The translations under genes and the position numbers were made by a program. The notes below the pieces were generated by a model that did no database searches, was not told where the DNA came from, and worked only from the letters and a program-made list of their open reading frames with translations. DNA of 64,000 nucleotides, taken from assembly GCA_036867785.1 (NCBI GenBank), contig CP145412.1, forward strand, positions 1,178,001 to 1,242,000, in the 5' to 3' direction. How positions within the stretch are numbered: position 1 is the first letter of the stretch; every line of letters starts with the position of its first letter. Positions 1 through 10,600 of this stretch are shown piece after piece. The stretch comes from Plasmodiophora brassicae. Lineage: Eukaryota.

Positions 1-1
1 A

Positions 2-1789
2 CCCCAGCTGGAATCGTGGACGACACCCCCGAAGGTCCACGTGCCTCCAGAGTGCGTCCGTGTCGACCCAGTCGGCAGCGGGGAACGCGCCATGCAGGCC
101 GCTCGTATCTCGTCGCTCATGGATGTCGTCTATTTCAAACGAGACCAGATCCCACCCAACCCTTCTTTGCCCGATGGCGTCAATACCGGTGCCGACGTCG
201 TTAATGTGTTTACCAAGGATCTGCTGGTACGCGAGCCGCCCAATCTATGGCCGGAATGGTCCCGTTCTGACCGTGCCTTGCAGATGCTGGAAGCACCCTC
301 AGGTGGCATGATATCTGCCGTATCGTCAGACGCGCCGCTCGCCCCTCTGCAATCAGTACCAGAGCGGCCTACTGATAGCAATAATGCAGCCATGCTTGAA
401 GAACTATTGGCAGCTGACCCGTCAATACTGTCGTCGTTGCTGCACGAAGCGGCGATGGTTGGCGTCGGCGGCGACGATCGACCACCGCCAGAGTACTTCA
501 GCGGTATCCGTCCTCGATCGCCGCCACCGATGCGCCACATGTCACCGCCTCGTCGAGGTTCGGTCCTGAACCCGTTCGGTCTGCCGCTGCCACCATCGCC
601 TCCTCGACACCTCCCTCCTGCTGACCACATGCCCGGGCCTCCCTATGGTCGTCGTTCTCCTAGTCCGCCGCCTCATCAACGGCCGCCGTCGCCGCCTAGG
701 CGTCGAAGCCTGTGGGACCGCCGACCTGAACCTCCTGCACGCGGCGATTGGCCTCAACGGCGTCCTCCTCTCGGCCCCGGTGGTGACCGAAATCCCGAGT
801 TAGACCCCAGGCGAGATTATCCGATGGGCGGGCCCGCTGAACGTCGTATGCCACCGCCTGAGCATTGGGGAGGGCCATATCCGCCTCCAAGAGAGCACCT
901 CGGGGATTACCTTCGGCAGGGGTACCCGGCGCCAGGACCCATGCGCCCCGATGTGCCGCCCCAGTTCAGGATGCCGCCTGATGACCGACGCGACTTCAGA
1001 CGAGGTGGCCCGCCCCCTGGCCCGTATCCGCCACGAGACTTTCACCCTGATGATATGAGGCCACTACCAAGTGGGCCAAGAGACGCCTATCCAGGACCTC
1101 GCGACTATCCGCCGCTGCCGAGGGAGTTCCCTGCTGACGAACGTGCCATGTATCGAGGGTACCCTCCTCCAGACATGCCCTATGGTGGGCGTCCTCCCCC
1201 ACGAGGTGCCCCGGGTGACTATCCGCCCCATATGCGTCCAGGTATGAGAGACTTCCCGCCACCAGGGCCTCGTGACATGCCACCGCCGGATCGCGCTGGT
1301 CCACGAGATTTCCCGCCTCATGAACGGGGCATCCCGCGTGATCGATCCCCGCCGGGTCGCATGCATCCACATGATCGTCGCGGGTTCCCGCCCCACGATC
1401 GACCATTGCTTCCGTTGCACGATAGAGGAGGTCCCAGGATTCGCGATGAACGATTCGGCGCTCCTCCACCTGGTCCGCCTGGCGGTCGTCGCGATAGAGG
1501 CGGGTCTCGTGATCGTGGTGGTCCTCGAGACGCCAAGCCGAACGGCAGGGACGACTCTGTTCGCGGCGGCTCTCGAGAACGTGCTGGTAAGTGGGAAGGA
1601 CCAAGAGGGCGTGATCCGGATCAGGGCCGAAATCATCCTGAACCCAATCGGCGACCAGCTCGAAAGGGTTCTCGAGACCAAAGTCACGATCCTGCTAATC
1701 GTCCCCAGTCTCCGCCAGCCCCAAGCGATCCAAACCTCGACCAGTTCGGCCGCCTCAAGAAGAATGAAGAGCCCGCCGCAGAATCATAA
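2..1789 (+). CDS. 5'-truncated Pro/Arg/Gly-rich protein, PNUTS/PPP1R10 (LUMINIDEPENDENS-like) C-terminal half
   Basis: Frame is open from base 2 (PQLESWTTPPKVHV...). The W-x-T-P-P...S-G-E...Q-x-x-R...Y...I-P-P-N-P pattern resembles the conserved PNUTS/LD/Ref2 segment. It is followed by a low-complexity tail with repeated PRD(F/Y/M)PP. Confidence 0.55.
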   Translation, partial: PQLESWTTPPKVHVPPECVRVDPVGSGERAMQAARISSLMDVVYFKRDQIPPNPSLPDGVNTGADVVNVFTKDLLVREPPNLWPEWSRSDRALQMLEAPSGGMISAVSSDAPLAPLQSVPERPTDSNNAAMLEELLAADPSILSSLLHEAAMVGVGGDDRPPPEYFSGIRPRSPPPMRHMSPPRRGSVLNPFGLPLPPSPPRHLPPADHMPGPPYGRRSPSPPPHQRPPSPPRRRSLWDRRPEPPARGDWPQRRPPLGPGGDRNPELDPRRDYPMGGPAERRMPPPEHWGGPYPPPREHLGDYLRQGYPAPGPMRPDVPPQFRMPPDDRRDFRRGGPPPGPYPPRDFHPDDMRPLPSGPRDAYPGPRDYPPLPREFPADERAMYRGYPPPDMPYGGRPPPRGAPGDYPPHMRPGMRDFPPPGPRDMPPPDRAGPRDFPPHERGIPRDRSPPGRMHPHDRRGFPPHDRPLLPLHDRGGPRIRDERFGAPPPGPPGGRRDRGGSRDRGGPRDAKPNGRDDSVRGGSRERAGKWEGPRGRDPDQGRNHPEPNRRPARKGSRDQSHDPANRPQSPPAPSDPNLDQFGRLKKNEEPAAES

Positions 1790-1889
1790 CTAAACGGCTG
1801 TAGACAGTATTTACAGAGACGAATGGAATTGGCGAATGGTAACGTGAAAAGGTTTTTCTTGCTATACCGTTGTTGTTCTGGACAAGACA

Positions 1890-2695
1890 TCACCATGAAG
1901 CCGATACCGTTCGACGGAAACACGAGGCCACAGCGTCTCTTGCGAAGGGAATATACGACTAAGTGATTAGTGTGAGTGAAACTCCAGTAAGACCAGCCCG
2001 TCGCGAGCGTACCAGCGAGTACCAGGCTAACGCCAGCATCTGAATGAGAATTGCCAGCAATACCAAGCCAGCTTTCGCGTGCTGTCTCAAATGGCGATTA
2101 GATGCGGATCGGTAGGGACGAACTATAATGTACGAACATTGAAGGCGAGGATAAGAGTGAGTATCAAACAGCTCAAGTAGATCACGGTTGCCAGCCAGCG
2201 AGTCTTTGCGAACATGTTTTCCAGTTGCCTCTAACGAGATGGATTCATACCGTGCAAATTGCAGAACCCAACACGAGCTGAAACCTTGGGTCCCATAAGA
2301 AACATCGTACTGAGCAGCAATAGTCAGCACCGCATTCAAAGAAGCTGTCGATCAGCGGTTACCTGCCCAATGACAACAGGTTCGAGAGCGTGTACGGAAG
2401 AGCGAAACGGGCTGGGTTACCTGCGTCCAATTTCAGTATTTACCCATAAGTATTATACTCGCACGCAGACCAGATATTATGGCGCCAACTCCAAGAGACG
2501 ACAACAGACCAAACAGAGTGCCAGCGATGAAGCAGATCAAGAAACCCCAGAGCCTCTGCGATATATCGTTCGGTTCATGTCTCGCCGAGTCGCACTGAAT
2601 ACCAGACTTGCCTGTGTCCATGTCAAATGAAACACGTCGTCAAACCATCCGCTCTCTTGCTCGGACGGCCTGCCCAGTAGCCCCGTCAGCTCCAT
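1890..2695 (-). CDS. SFT2: Vesicle transport protein SFT2 (Got1/Sft2 family), multi-exon
   Basis: Spliced exons read MELTGLL...HLTWTQ|RLWGFLICFIAG...NPARFALPYTLSNLLSLG...MFAKTRWLATVIYL...IQMLALAWYSL...SYIPFARDAV. Intron 1 (2556-2611) has a GC donor. Confidence 0.85.
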
Positions 2696-3042
2696 CGGTG
2701 GCGACGGCTTATTATCGCCGGCCAGACCAACTGATGGATGACCTTGACGCGCGGGGCAAAACAAACGCACACGGGGTGGATGGCGAATTTTTCGAGACGG
2801 GGCCCGCCTGCCGTACACATGACGACTCCGCTGCCCCTGTTTTGCGCTGCGGCTCGGGCCTCGGCACCAATGCCGTCGCCTCCGTCATCATTTGCGTAAA
2901 TGAAACATGTCCATCAGGCTTGCGCTTGCAGTCGGGCAAGCTAGCACAAGGGTGACTGTTAGTGGAGCGGCTAATTGAGCGTTTGAATGCGCCCAGCGCG
3001 AAGGCAACGTGTATTACGGCCGTAGCGTCGCGTCGCTCCGTG

Positions 3043-4290
3043 CTAATCCTTATGGTGTAGGTAGACGATGGCGAACAGGAGAAACCCGCCCATCATGGAG
3101 AAAACGGACGTGTAGTACGGGTACGCGGCGAAGATAAACCGCTCGTACTCGTCGTGGCGTTTGGGGTGAACGGGAACAATAGTCGACAGCGACAGCGTCG
3201 ACAGCCCATGGCGCTCGTATTCGACTCTGAACTTGTACACGCCGTAGATATCGGGAACCGTGAACGTCGCCGTGTAATGCCCCGATTTGGACGCCTGTAG
3301 GCCGAGTCGAATGTACGGGTCCATCATCACGAATTCCAGCTGCACATCGTTGGCAACGAACGGCTTCCACTTGTTCGACTCTCCATCAAATGTCTCGATG
3401 TCGACATGGTACACGACCGTATCGTTCACTGTGTACTGTTTGGGGGGAACCTTGTCACCAGGGCGGTCCACGCGGTGATGGTGAACGTTAGACGCGCGAA
3501 GTTGCCCACGCTGCCCAAACGTCCACGCCGAGAGCTGGAGCGCGAATTCGCGATTGCCACATGAGGGAATAGCAGCGAACGCATCCGAGAACAATTCGCT
3601 GGAGCCAGTAATGGTGATGCGGGCGTTGTTGCGCGCCTGAAGAGCAGAGATCAGCACGACCTCATCACCGGCTGATTCGATAGACTTCTCGCCCGGGACG
3701 CTCGAGTACGTCGACACTTGTCCAGGAAGAACAACCAGCGCCATCTCACTGGCTGACATCTGGCTTCGCACTTGGGCGATGCCGCGGTACGCGACTGGCT
3801 TGTGGTCAACGATGCCAATGGCGTTACGAGAGACGACACCAAAGGCCGGCCCCGCGAAGTCAATGCGAAGCGGATGGGAATCATCATTGACGACAGTATC
3901 GTCGGCGTCGAAGTCGAACCCGCACCGATTCGCAAGCTCACGCAACGCCTTCTGGGGCTTCGATGTCGCAACGAGAACGTTGCCGCCCAGCTCGACGAAC
4001 TTCACGATCTCCGAGACGGTGTAGACGTCGTTCGGCGCGAATATCGCCAGGTTGTCATAGAGCCTCTCGCCATACTCGATCAAATAGACACCCGACGTTT
4101 TCCGCGACTGGGCATCCACAACGGTAACCCGATGGTGGAATCGGTCCGTCAGCCCGCGCACCCAGCCGGACAGCTCGGACCGCTGTGCGCCGTTGCTCAC
4201 CACCACCAGCGTCGACGGCGACGGTGGCGACGGCGCCCCGAGGACCGCTGCTGCCGCCAGCAGCAGGAACATGAGCCTGGCCCACATCAT
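3043..4290 (-). CDS. WBP1: Oligosaccharyltransferase 48 kDa subunit (OST48/WBP1/DDOST)
   Basis: Signal peptide; motifs YGERLYDNL, ALQARNNARI, DVQLEFVMMDPYIR, PDIYGVYKFRVEY and HDEYERFIFAAYPYY; C-terminal TM. Single 415 aa ORF. Confidence 0.95.
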   Translation of the reverse strand: MMWARLMFLLLAAAAVLGAPSPPSPSTLVVVSNGAQRSELSGWVRGLTDRFHHRVTVVDAQSRKTSGVYLIEYGERLYDNLAIFAPNDVYTVSEIVKFVELGGNVLVATSKPQKALRELANRCGFDFDADDTVVNDDSHPLRIDFAGPAFGVVSRNAIGIVDHKPVAYRGIAQVRSQMSASEMALVVLPGQVSTYSSVPGEKSIESAGDEVVLISALQARNNARITITGSSELFSDAFAAIPSCGNREFALQLSAWTFGQRGQLRASNVHHHRVDRPGDKVPPKQYTVNDTVVYHVDIETFDGESNKWKPFVANDVQLEFVMMDPYIRLGLQASKSGHYTATFTVPDIYGVYKFRVEYERHGLSTLSLSTIVPVHPKRHDEYERFIFAAYPYYTSVFSMMGGFLLFAIVYLHHKD

Positions 4291-4427
4291 GACAAACTGA
4301 CATGGGCCTCGGAAAACGGACCGTGGCGATCCTCATTTTTTTTTGCTGGATACAATACCGTTTTCCTCGTTTTCATCCAAAACGCAAAATCTGCTACGGC
4401 GGTTCCTTGGCCGAGTTCGCGCAGTTT

Positions 4428-5318
4428 GATTGGTTCGCGCCCACGGGATGCAATGCATCGCACCGGCGGGATCGGATCTCAGAAGGTGACGAAATGCCCT
4501 CTCGTGCACAGCCAAATGGAGGTGGCCCCAAACTCTATCGCGTCCATTTCAAAACATTCGTCAAGGCGTACGGTAGCGCCCAGGCGCGGCCCAGTTCGTC
4601 TGTAATTGGCATGACGGAGATCAATGCCGACTCGCTACAAGAGTTCCTTAATGCGCTTCTCGATGTCTGCACAACGATGACGACGAACGTTGCGGATGGC
4701 GGCGAGCGGGCCGCCGCCGCTGCTGCGCGTGGCGTGCACGACAGCAAGCACGCGACGACGCTGGACGCCGCCGCCGCCGGTGAATTCAACAAGGGTGCGC
4801 CGCTGCTGGCCGTGACGATGGCGACGCCGGCGTCGCCCGAGGCGGGGGCCTCCGCCCATGGCGAATCGCGGTGCGTGCGATCCCGGCCGTCGCCCTGGTC
4901 GTCAACGTGCAGCTCCATGGGCCAAAATCGATGCTTCGTCTTCGCCAACGTGGTAAATGTGGTTGCTCGCTTTGAAACGAACTAGAATCGGAAGCTCCTC
5001 CGCTTCGATGGCTCCTGCCGAAGGACAAGGGAGCTGGCTCATCCGAACCATCCCGAACCGCAATGCTGATGACATGACGACAACAGACATCGAGAAGCGC
5101 ATTAAGGAACTCTTGTAGCGAGTCGACATTGATCTCCGTCATGCCAATTACAGACGAACTGGGCCGCGCCTGGGTGCTACCGTACGCCTTGACGAATGTT
5201 TTGAAACGGACGCGATAGAGTTTGGAGCTTTGGCTGTGCACGAGACGACCCTTCATCATCTTCTGAGATCCGATCCTGCCGGTGCGAGGCTTCCCTTGGT
5301 GCTGGGCGCGGGCCAATC
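4428..5318. repeat. Long inverted repeat: arms ~4428-4669 and ~5084-5318, spacer ~415 bp
   Basis: 4528-4669 matches the reverse complement of 5084-5225 with 3 mismatches by eye; outer parts are more diverged. The peptide KLYRV.FKTFVKAYGS.QARPSSSVIGMTEIN.DSLQEFLNALLDVC appears in ORFs on opposite strands. Confidence 0.95.
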
Positions 5319-5411
5319 GACCTCCGCCATCGGCTTGAAGGGGCTGTGGGCGATTCGAATTCTCATGGTACACACTTCGCATGTATTTAACATATCGAAA
5401 CCCGCTTGAAG

Positions 5412-6083
5412 TCATAACTGGTCTTCGTACAGCACCTGACTGGAGCCCTGCCCTGACCCGTACGACTTGAGGCTGCGGGCCGCGTGCCATCGGCTGATCT
5501 CGTCGGGTGGCCCGGCGTCGTCTCTGCCGACGTTCGCTGCGTTTGCGGGTCGTTTGCTGATGCCCTGTACGACTCGGCGACCTGCAGGACGCACACGGGC
5601 AAGCTCCATGACCTGCTTTCGGTAGTCGGCGGATTTCGCTGCTGACGACAGCAGGTCTGCCGCGGTGCGCTTCGCAATTGCTGGTATGAATTCCTTCATC
5701 GATGGGCCGTTCGCCGTCGCCTGGCTCTCGGCAGTCGCGCCGGTCGGCTGTGGGTCGTCATGAACCAGTCTCAGGACAAGTAGGCCATTCTCGTACGCGC
5801 TTGTAGGCGACGCAGCGATAGCATGCGAGAGCGTCGCTGGGGAGTTCACCTCCATGTACGGCTGACTGGCGCCGATGGGTGCCGCGCACCGAAACGCCAC
5901 CCGCCCCTTCGGCATCGTCGCCTCGACGACATAGTTGAACTCATTCGGCCGCGTTCGGCACCGCACTACAAATGCGACCAGCGCATCGAAGTCGCGCGCA
6001 TCAGGGACCCGGAACTGGCGCGCCGGCCGCCCCCGCTCCAGCTCGACCGCCACCACGTGCGGCGTTATCGGCACCCAACCCAT
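5412..6083 (-). CDS. Hypothetical protein (~223 aa)
   Basis: Uninterrupted ORF with ATG at 6083 and globular-looking composition; no family recognised. Confidence 0.55.
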   Translation of the reverse strand: MGWVPITPHVVAVELERGRPARQFRVPDARDFDALVAFVVRCRTRPNEFNYVVEATMPKGRVAFRCAAPIGASQPYMEVNSPATLSHAIAASPTSAYENGLLVLRLVHDDPQPTGATAESQATANGPSMKEFIPAIAKRTAADLLSSAAKSADYRKQVMELARVRPAGRRVVQGISKRPANAANVGRDDAGPPDEISRWHAARSLKSYGSGQGSSQVLYEDQL

Positions 6084-6551
6084 GCCCACCGTTAGAGTAC
6101 AGTTCCCGAACTGATACCCGATCCACGTCCGGGCGGGGTTGTGCCCGTTCCAGGGATGCCTGGACCCCCCGACACGTGCAGCGGGATGTCTCGTCGCCTG
6201 CTCGTGTTACGCGATTCGGGCACGCACACATCATGACGAATGCCGCCTGGTTGACGGGGGTGGACCAGTCGCGATAAATTGGGAACGGGGAGGCGATGCT
6301 GTCGCGGGGAGGTAATTCATTGCCCTCCTGAACCTAAATCGGCGACGCGGGAAAAAAGGATCCACCGGTACGTACGAATGAGCAGCTCCAGTACGAGTAG
6401 GAGCAGCAGCGGCAGCCTGCGGATGGGGGCGTCCCGAGCTGCAGGCGGCGTAAATATATCATCGGGCGGCGTGACGCGGTCGCCAGATATCGGGGGCGCG
6501 CGCACAGACCTGCCTGCCGGCTGGGCGATATCCGCCGCCGGGGTCGTCGCC

Positions 6552-7274
6552 ATGGCCTCGTCGCAGCAGGCGGCGCCGCCGTCGCAACGGACGGTCGTGC
6601 CGCTGTTCGCCGCGCCGGTCGAGATCCCCGTGCCGACGCCGACGCTGAGCAACCCGTTCGATTCGCCGACGACGACGACGTCGTTCGCCGCCCTGTTCGA
6701 GCTGCCCGTGGCCAATGACAAATCCGTCAAGGTCAGCGGGAACTTTGCGCTGGCCGACGTCAACCCGCAGTACCCGGTCCAGCCGAACGTCTCGGCCCGA
6801 TACGACAACAAGGACCTGGATCCGCTCGTCGTGCAGGCCGATACGCCGTCGATATTGTCCTCGGAAATGCTCGTGACGCATTCGTCGACGCACAAGACCA
6901 TGTCGCCGCAGAGCGTCCCGAACAAGTCGGCGGTGAAGATCCAGGCCGCCGAGCCCGCCGTCAAGGTCGGCAGGTTCAAGGTCAAGGACATCACGATGTC
7001 GTCGCCGTCGTCGAACGAGAAGACGATCCAGGTGTCCGCGCGGCGCCTGAGTCTGAGCTCCGGGTCGATCGAGTCGGCGAAGCAGCAGGCGAGGCGGATG
7101 GAGGCGTCGGCGACCGCAGACCCGATCGCTGCCCTGGAGGTGGCCCGCGACGCGATCGCTGCCGTCGTCCAGGACCGGAATGCGCTCGCCGAGGAGAACG
7201 CCCGCCTGCGCACCGAGGTCGACTACCTTCGCAAGCTCCTGGTCCAGTATGGCGCGCGCCACGACCTATCATGA
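6552..7274 (+). CDS. Ser/Pro-rich protein with RFxV motif and C-terminal coiled coil/leucine zipper
   Basis: Strong GC3 codon bias from ATG 6552 (alternative ATG 6378). Contains GRFKV and LAEENARLRTEVDYLRKLL heptads. Confidence 0.7.
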   Translation: MASSQQAAPPSQRTVVPLFAAPVEIPVPTPTLSNPFDSPTTTTSFAALFELPVANDKSVKVSGNFALADVNPQYPVQPNVSARYDNKDLDPLVVQADTPSILSSEMLVTHSSTHKTMSPQSVPNKSAVKIQAAEPAVKVGRFKVKDITMSSPSSNEKTIQVSARRLSLSSGSIESAKQQARRMEASATADPIAALEVARDAIAAVVQDRNALAEENARLRTEVDYLRKLLVQYGARHDLS

Positions 7275-7630
7275 GGCAGCGTCCGCTACTAGTCCCCCGG
7301 CATGGTATCAATCAAGCTCAACCTATGCTCCGTTTATAATATACGCTAGACATACGACTCGTGCATCTCTGCCTGGCGACGCACCGATGACGACCCGAAC
7401 CGGCAGTGGCCGCTGGTGTCCCCCAATGGCGACCCGTGTCGTCCCTGGTCCTCCTCGGCATCCGCTACCGAGCCAAGGACCCGCAGCAGATGTGGAGCAG
7501 CACCTGGGGGGACGACCGTCAGCACGAGGTCGTCACCCGTGGGCACGTGCCTCAGCGTATCTGCGACAATCTTGGCAGGGGCGCGTGCCTTGCGGGCATT
7601 CCATTGTTGGTTGTTGGGGTTCGAACAAGC

Positions 7631-10600
7631 ATGCAGCCCAGCAACGCGTTCGAGGCGGACGCCGAGTATGGGCGTTCGCGTGGCGTACGTCGTCGCGGGA
7701 GCAGGCCGAGCCAGTCGGGATCGGACAGGGCCCCGTTCGAGGTGACGATCGACTCGCAGAACGAGCCTGTCCTCCGGGCACCTGATCGAGGCGTTAGCTA
7801 TGCCAGCAACGCCGACATGGACCACGCGTCCGTTGTCATGTACAGGACCCTGTCAACGGCCAGCGCCCTGGACCTGGCCGCCAAGATCAAGAAGGAGCGC
7901 AAGCCGGTGGCCGACGACAGCGGCGATCACGCCAACCAGATTCGGAACATTTCCATCCACAAGGTCGACAAGGACGCCGTCTTCGGCAAGTACGACACCA
8001 GCCTGGACGGCCTGACGTCCAAGCAGGTCGAGGCGCTAGCCGCCAACGGCAAGATCAACATGATCACGCCGGTCAAGTCCAACTTCCTGCGCAAGCTCCT
8101 CGGGTACGTGTTCGGCGGGTTCAACAGCCTCATGTGGGTCGCCATGATCCTCTGCATTATCTCGTACGAACCGCTGGGCGAACCCAACCCGTCGATCTTC
8201 AACATCGGCGTCGCCTTTGTCCTGTTCGTCGTCATCGTCGTCTCCACCCTGTTCTACGCGTCCGTCGACTACAAATCCAGCCAGGTCATGAAGTCGATCA
8301 AGACGCTCGTTTCCGACACGGCCGTCGTCACGCGCGATGGCGTCAAGATGGAGGTGGACGCCAAGTCCTTGAAGCCGGGTGACATTGTCCACCTGTCGCT
8401 GGGGCAGCGCGTCCCGGCTGACATCCGCCTGGTGGAGGTCTCCCCCGACCTGCGCATCGACCGGTCGCTGTTGACGGGTGAATCGGACCCGATCCCGGCC
8501 ACGGTTGCCATGACGGACGAGAACCCGCTGGAGACGCACAACTTGGCGCTGTCGTCGACCTTCGTCGTCCAGGGCAGCGGCGTGGGCGTCGTGTTCGCCA
8601 TCGGCGACGACACGGTCATCGGGCGCATCTTCCACCTGTCGACGAAACAAACGGACGACTCGACGGTCCTGCAACGCGAAATCAACAAGGTGACCATCTG
8701 CATCTCGATCATCGCCATTACGTTCTTCGGCGTCGCCATGATGACCTGGGGCCTGTACACGAACAAGCAACACGCTGGGTTCGCGACGCTGTCCCAGGCC
8801 ATCGTGAACTCGATCGGCTGCCTGACGTCGATCGTCCCACAAGGCCTGCCCGTCTGCGTCGCCTTGGCGCTGACGATCGTGGCGCGTATCATGGCGGCCC
8901 GAAAGGTCCTCGTCAAGAACCTGTCCATTGTCGAATCCGCTGGCTGCATGTCGGTGCTCTGTTCCGACAAGACGGGCACCTTGACGGAGGGCCACATGTT
9001 CGTCCAGGGCCTCGGCTTCATCGACAAGACGTACAATGACCTGAAGTCGATCGCCAAGACGCCCATCGTCGACCTGATGACCCGCATCGCCTACCTCTGC
9101 AACGACGCGTCGTTCGACGAGTCGCAGCCGGGCACGGGTGCCGACCGCCCCATCAACGGCAACTCGACCGATGTCGCCATCTTCAAATTCGCGGTGACCC
9201 ACACCGACTACGGCAAGGTCGACGCCGAGTACACGCGGGTCTTCAACATCCCGTTCAACAGCAAGTCGAAATGGATGATGACCGTCTGCCGATGCGAGGC
9301 AACCGGCGAACTGGAGCTCTACATCAAGGGGGCGCCCGATGTCCTCGCCTCGTTCATGACCAAGACGATCGACAGCGCCGGCAACGCCCAGCCGCTGGAC
9401 CCGGCCGCCCGGCAGCACATCAACGAGATGCAGGAGGCTTGGAGCAGGAAGGGCCAGCGCGTCCTGATGGCCGGGTACAAGAAGCTGACGATGAAGACGT
9501 TCGCGGCCGGTGACGCCGACTTCACGAAGAAGTTCGTTAGCGACAACCTGAAGGACATCTGCTTCGTTGGCCTGGTCGGGATCTGTGACCCGCCACGAGC
9601 CGACGTGCCTGGGGCTGTTCGTAAGATGCGAGGGGCCGGCGTCCGCATCGCCATGGTCACTGGTGACTTCCGGTTGACGGCCGAAGCCATCTCCCGGCAG
9701 ATCGGCATCATCACGTCGAGCGTCGTCGACGACCTGCCGCAGATGCGAGCGAGGAAGGACCTGTACGCGCGCGTGTCCAGGCTGACGTTCGAGCAGATGA
9801 AGCCGAGTGACGACGAGCCCGTCAAGGCGCTGGTCCTGACCGGCAACGATGTCATCGAGCTGGAACCGCAGGACTGGAACGTCATCTGCACCGAGTACCC
9901 GGAGGTGGTGTTCGCTCGTACGACGCCGGAGCAGAAGATGCTGATCGTCGAGGAGTTCAAACGTCGTGGCGACAACATCGTCGGCGTCACCGGCGATGGA
10001 GTGAACGACGCGCCCGCGCTGAAGACGTCGGACATCGGGATGGCGATGGGCGCCGGCAGTGACGTCGCGAAGGAAGCCGCCCAGATTGTCCTGCTGAATA
10101 ACGACTTCGCGTCGATTCTGGTGGCGATTGAGAACGGGCGTCTGGTGTTCGAGAACCTCAAGAAGGTGTCCCTGTACGTGATGCCCGGTGGGTCGTACAC
10201 GGAGATGATGGGCGTCATCACGAACGTGTTCCTGGGCATGCAGATCCCGCTGACGTCGTACCAGCAGGTCATCTTCTGTATTCTGCACGACGTCACCATG
10301 TCGATCAGTCTGATGTTCGAGAAGCCGGAATCGGACCTGATGAAGCAGAAGCCGAGAAACGTGCGCACGAGCCGACTCGTCGACTGGAAGTTCCTGTTCC
10401 AGATCTACTGCTTCATCGGCCTGATGACCTGGTTGTCCTGTTTCGGCATGTTCTTCTTGTACTGGCGCTGGCAGGGTTTCGGCTTCTACGACCTCATGCT
10501 CGTGTTCGACAACTGGAAGGAGGAGTACAAGGGCCATACCCTGGAGGACCTGAACGCCAAGCTGGCCGTGTCGCAGTCCATCTTCTATGTCACCATGACG

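Noticed and set aside
7406-7630. GTG-initiated N-terminal extension of the ATPase ORF
   Set aside because: Eukaryotic context; the first ATG is at 7631 and the upstream part is not protein-like.
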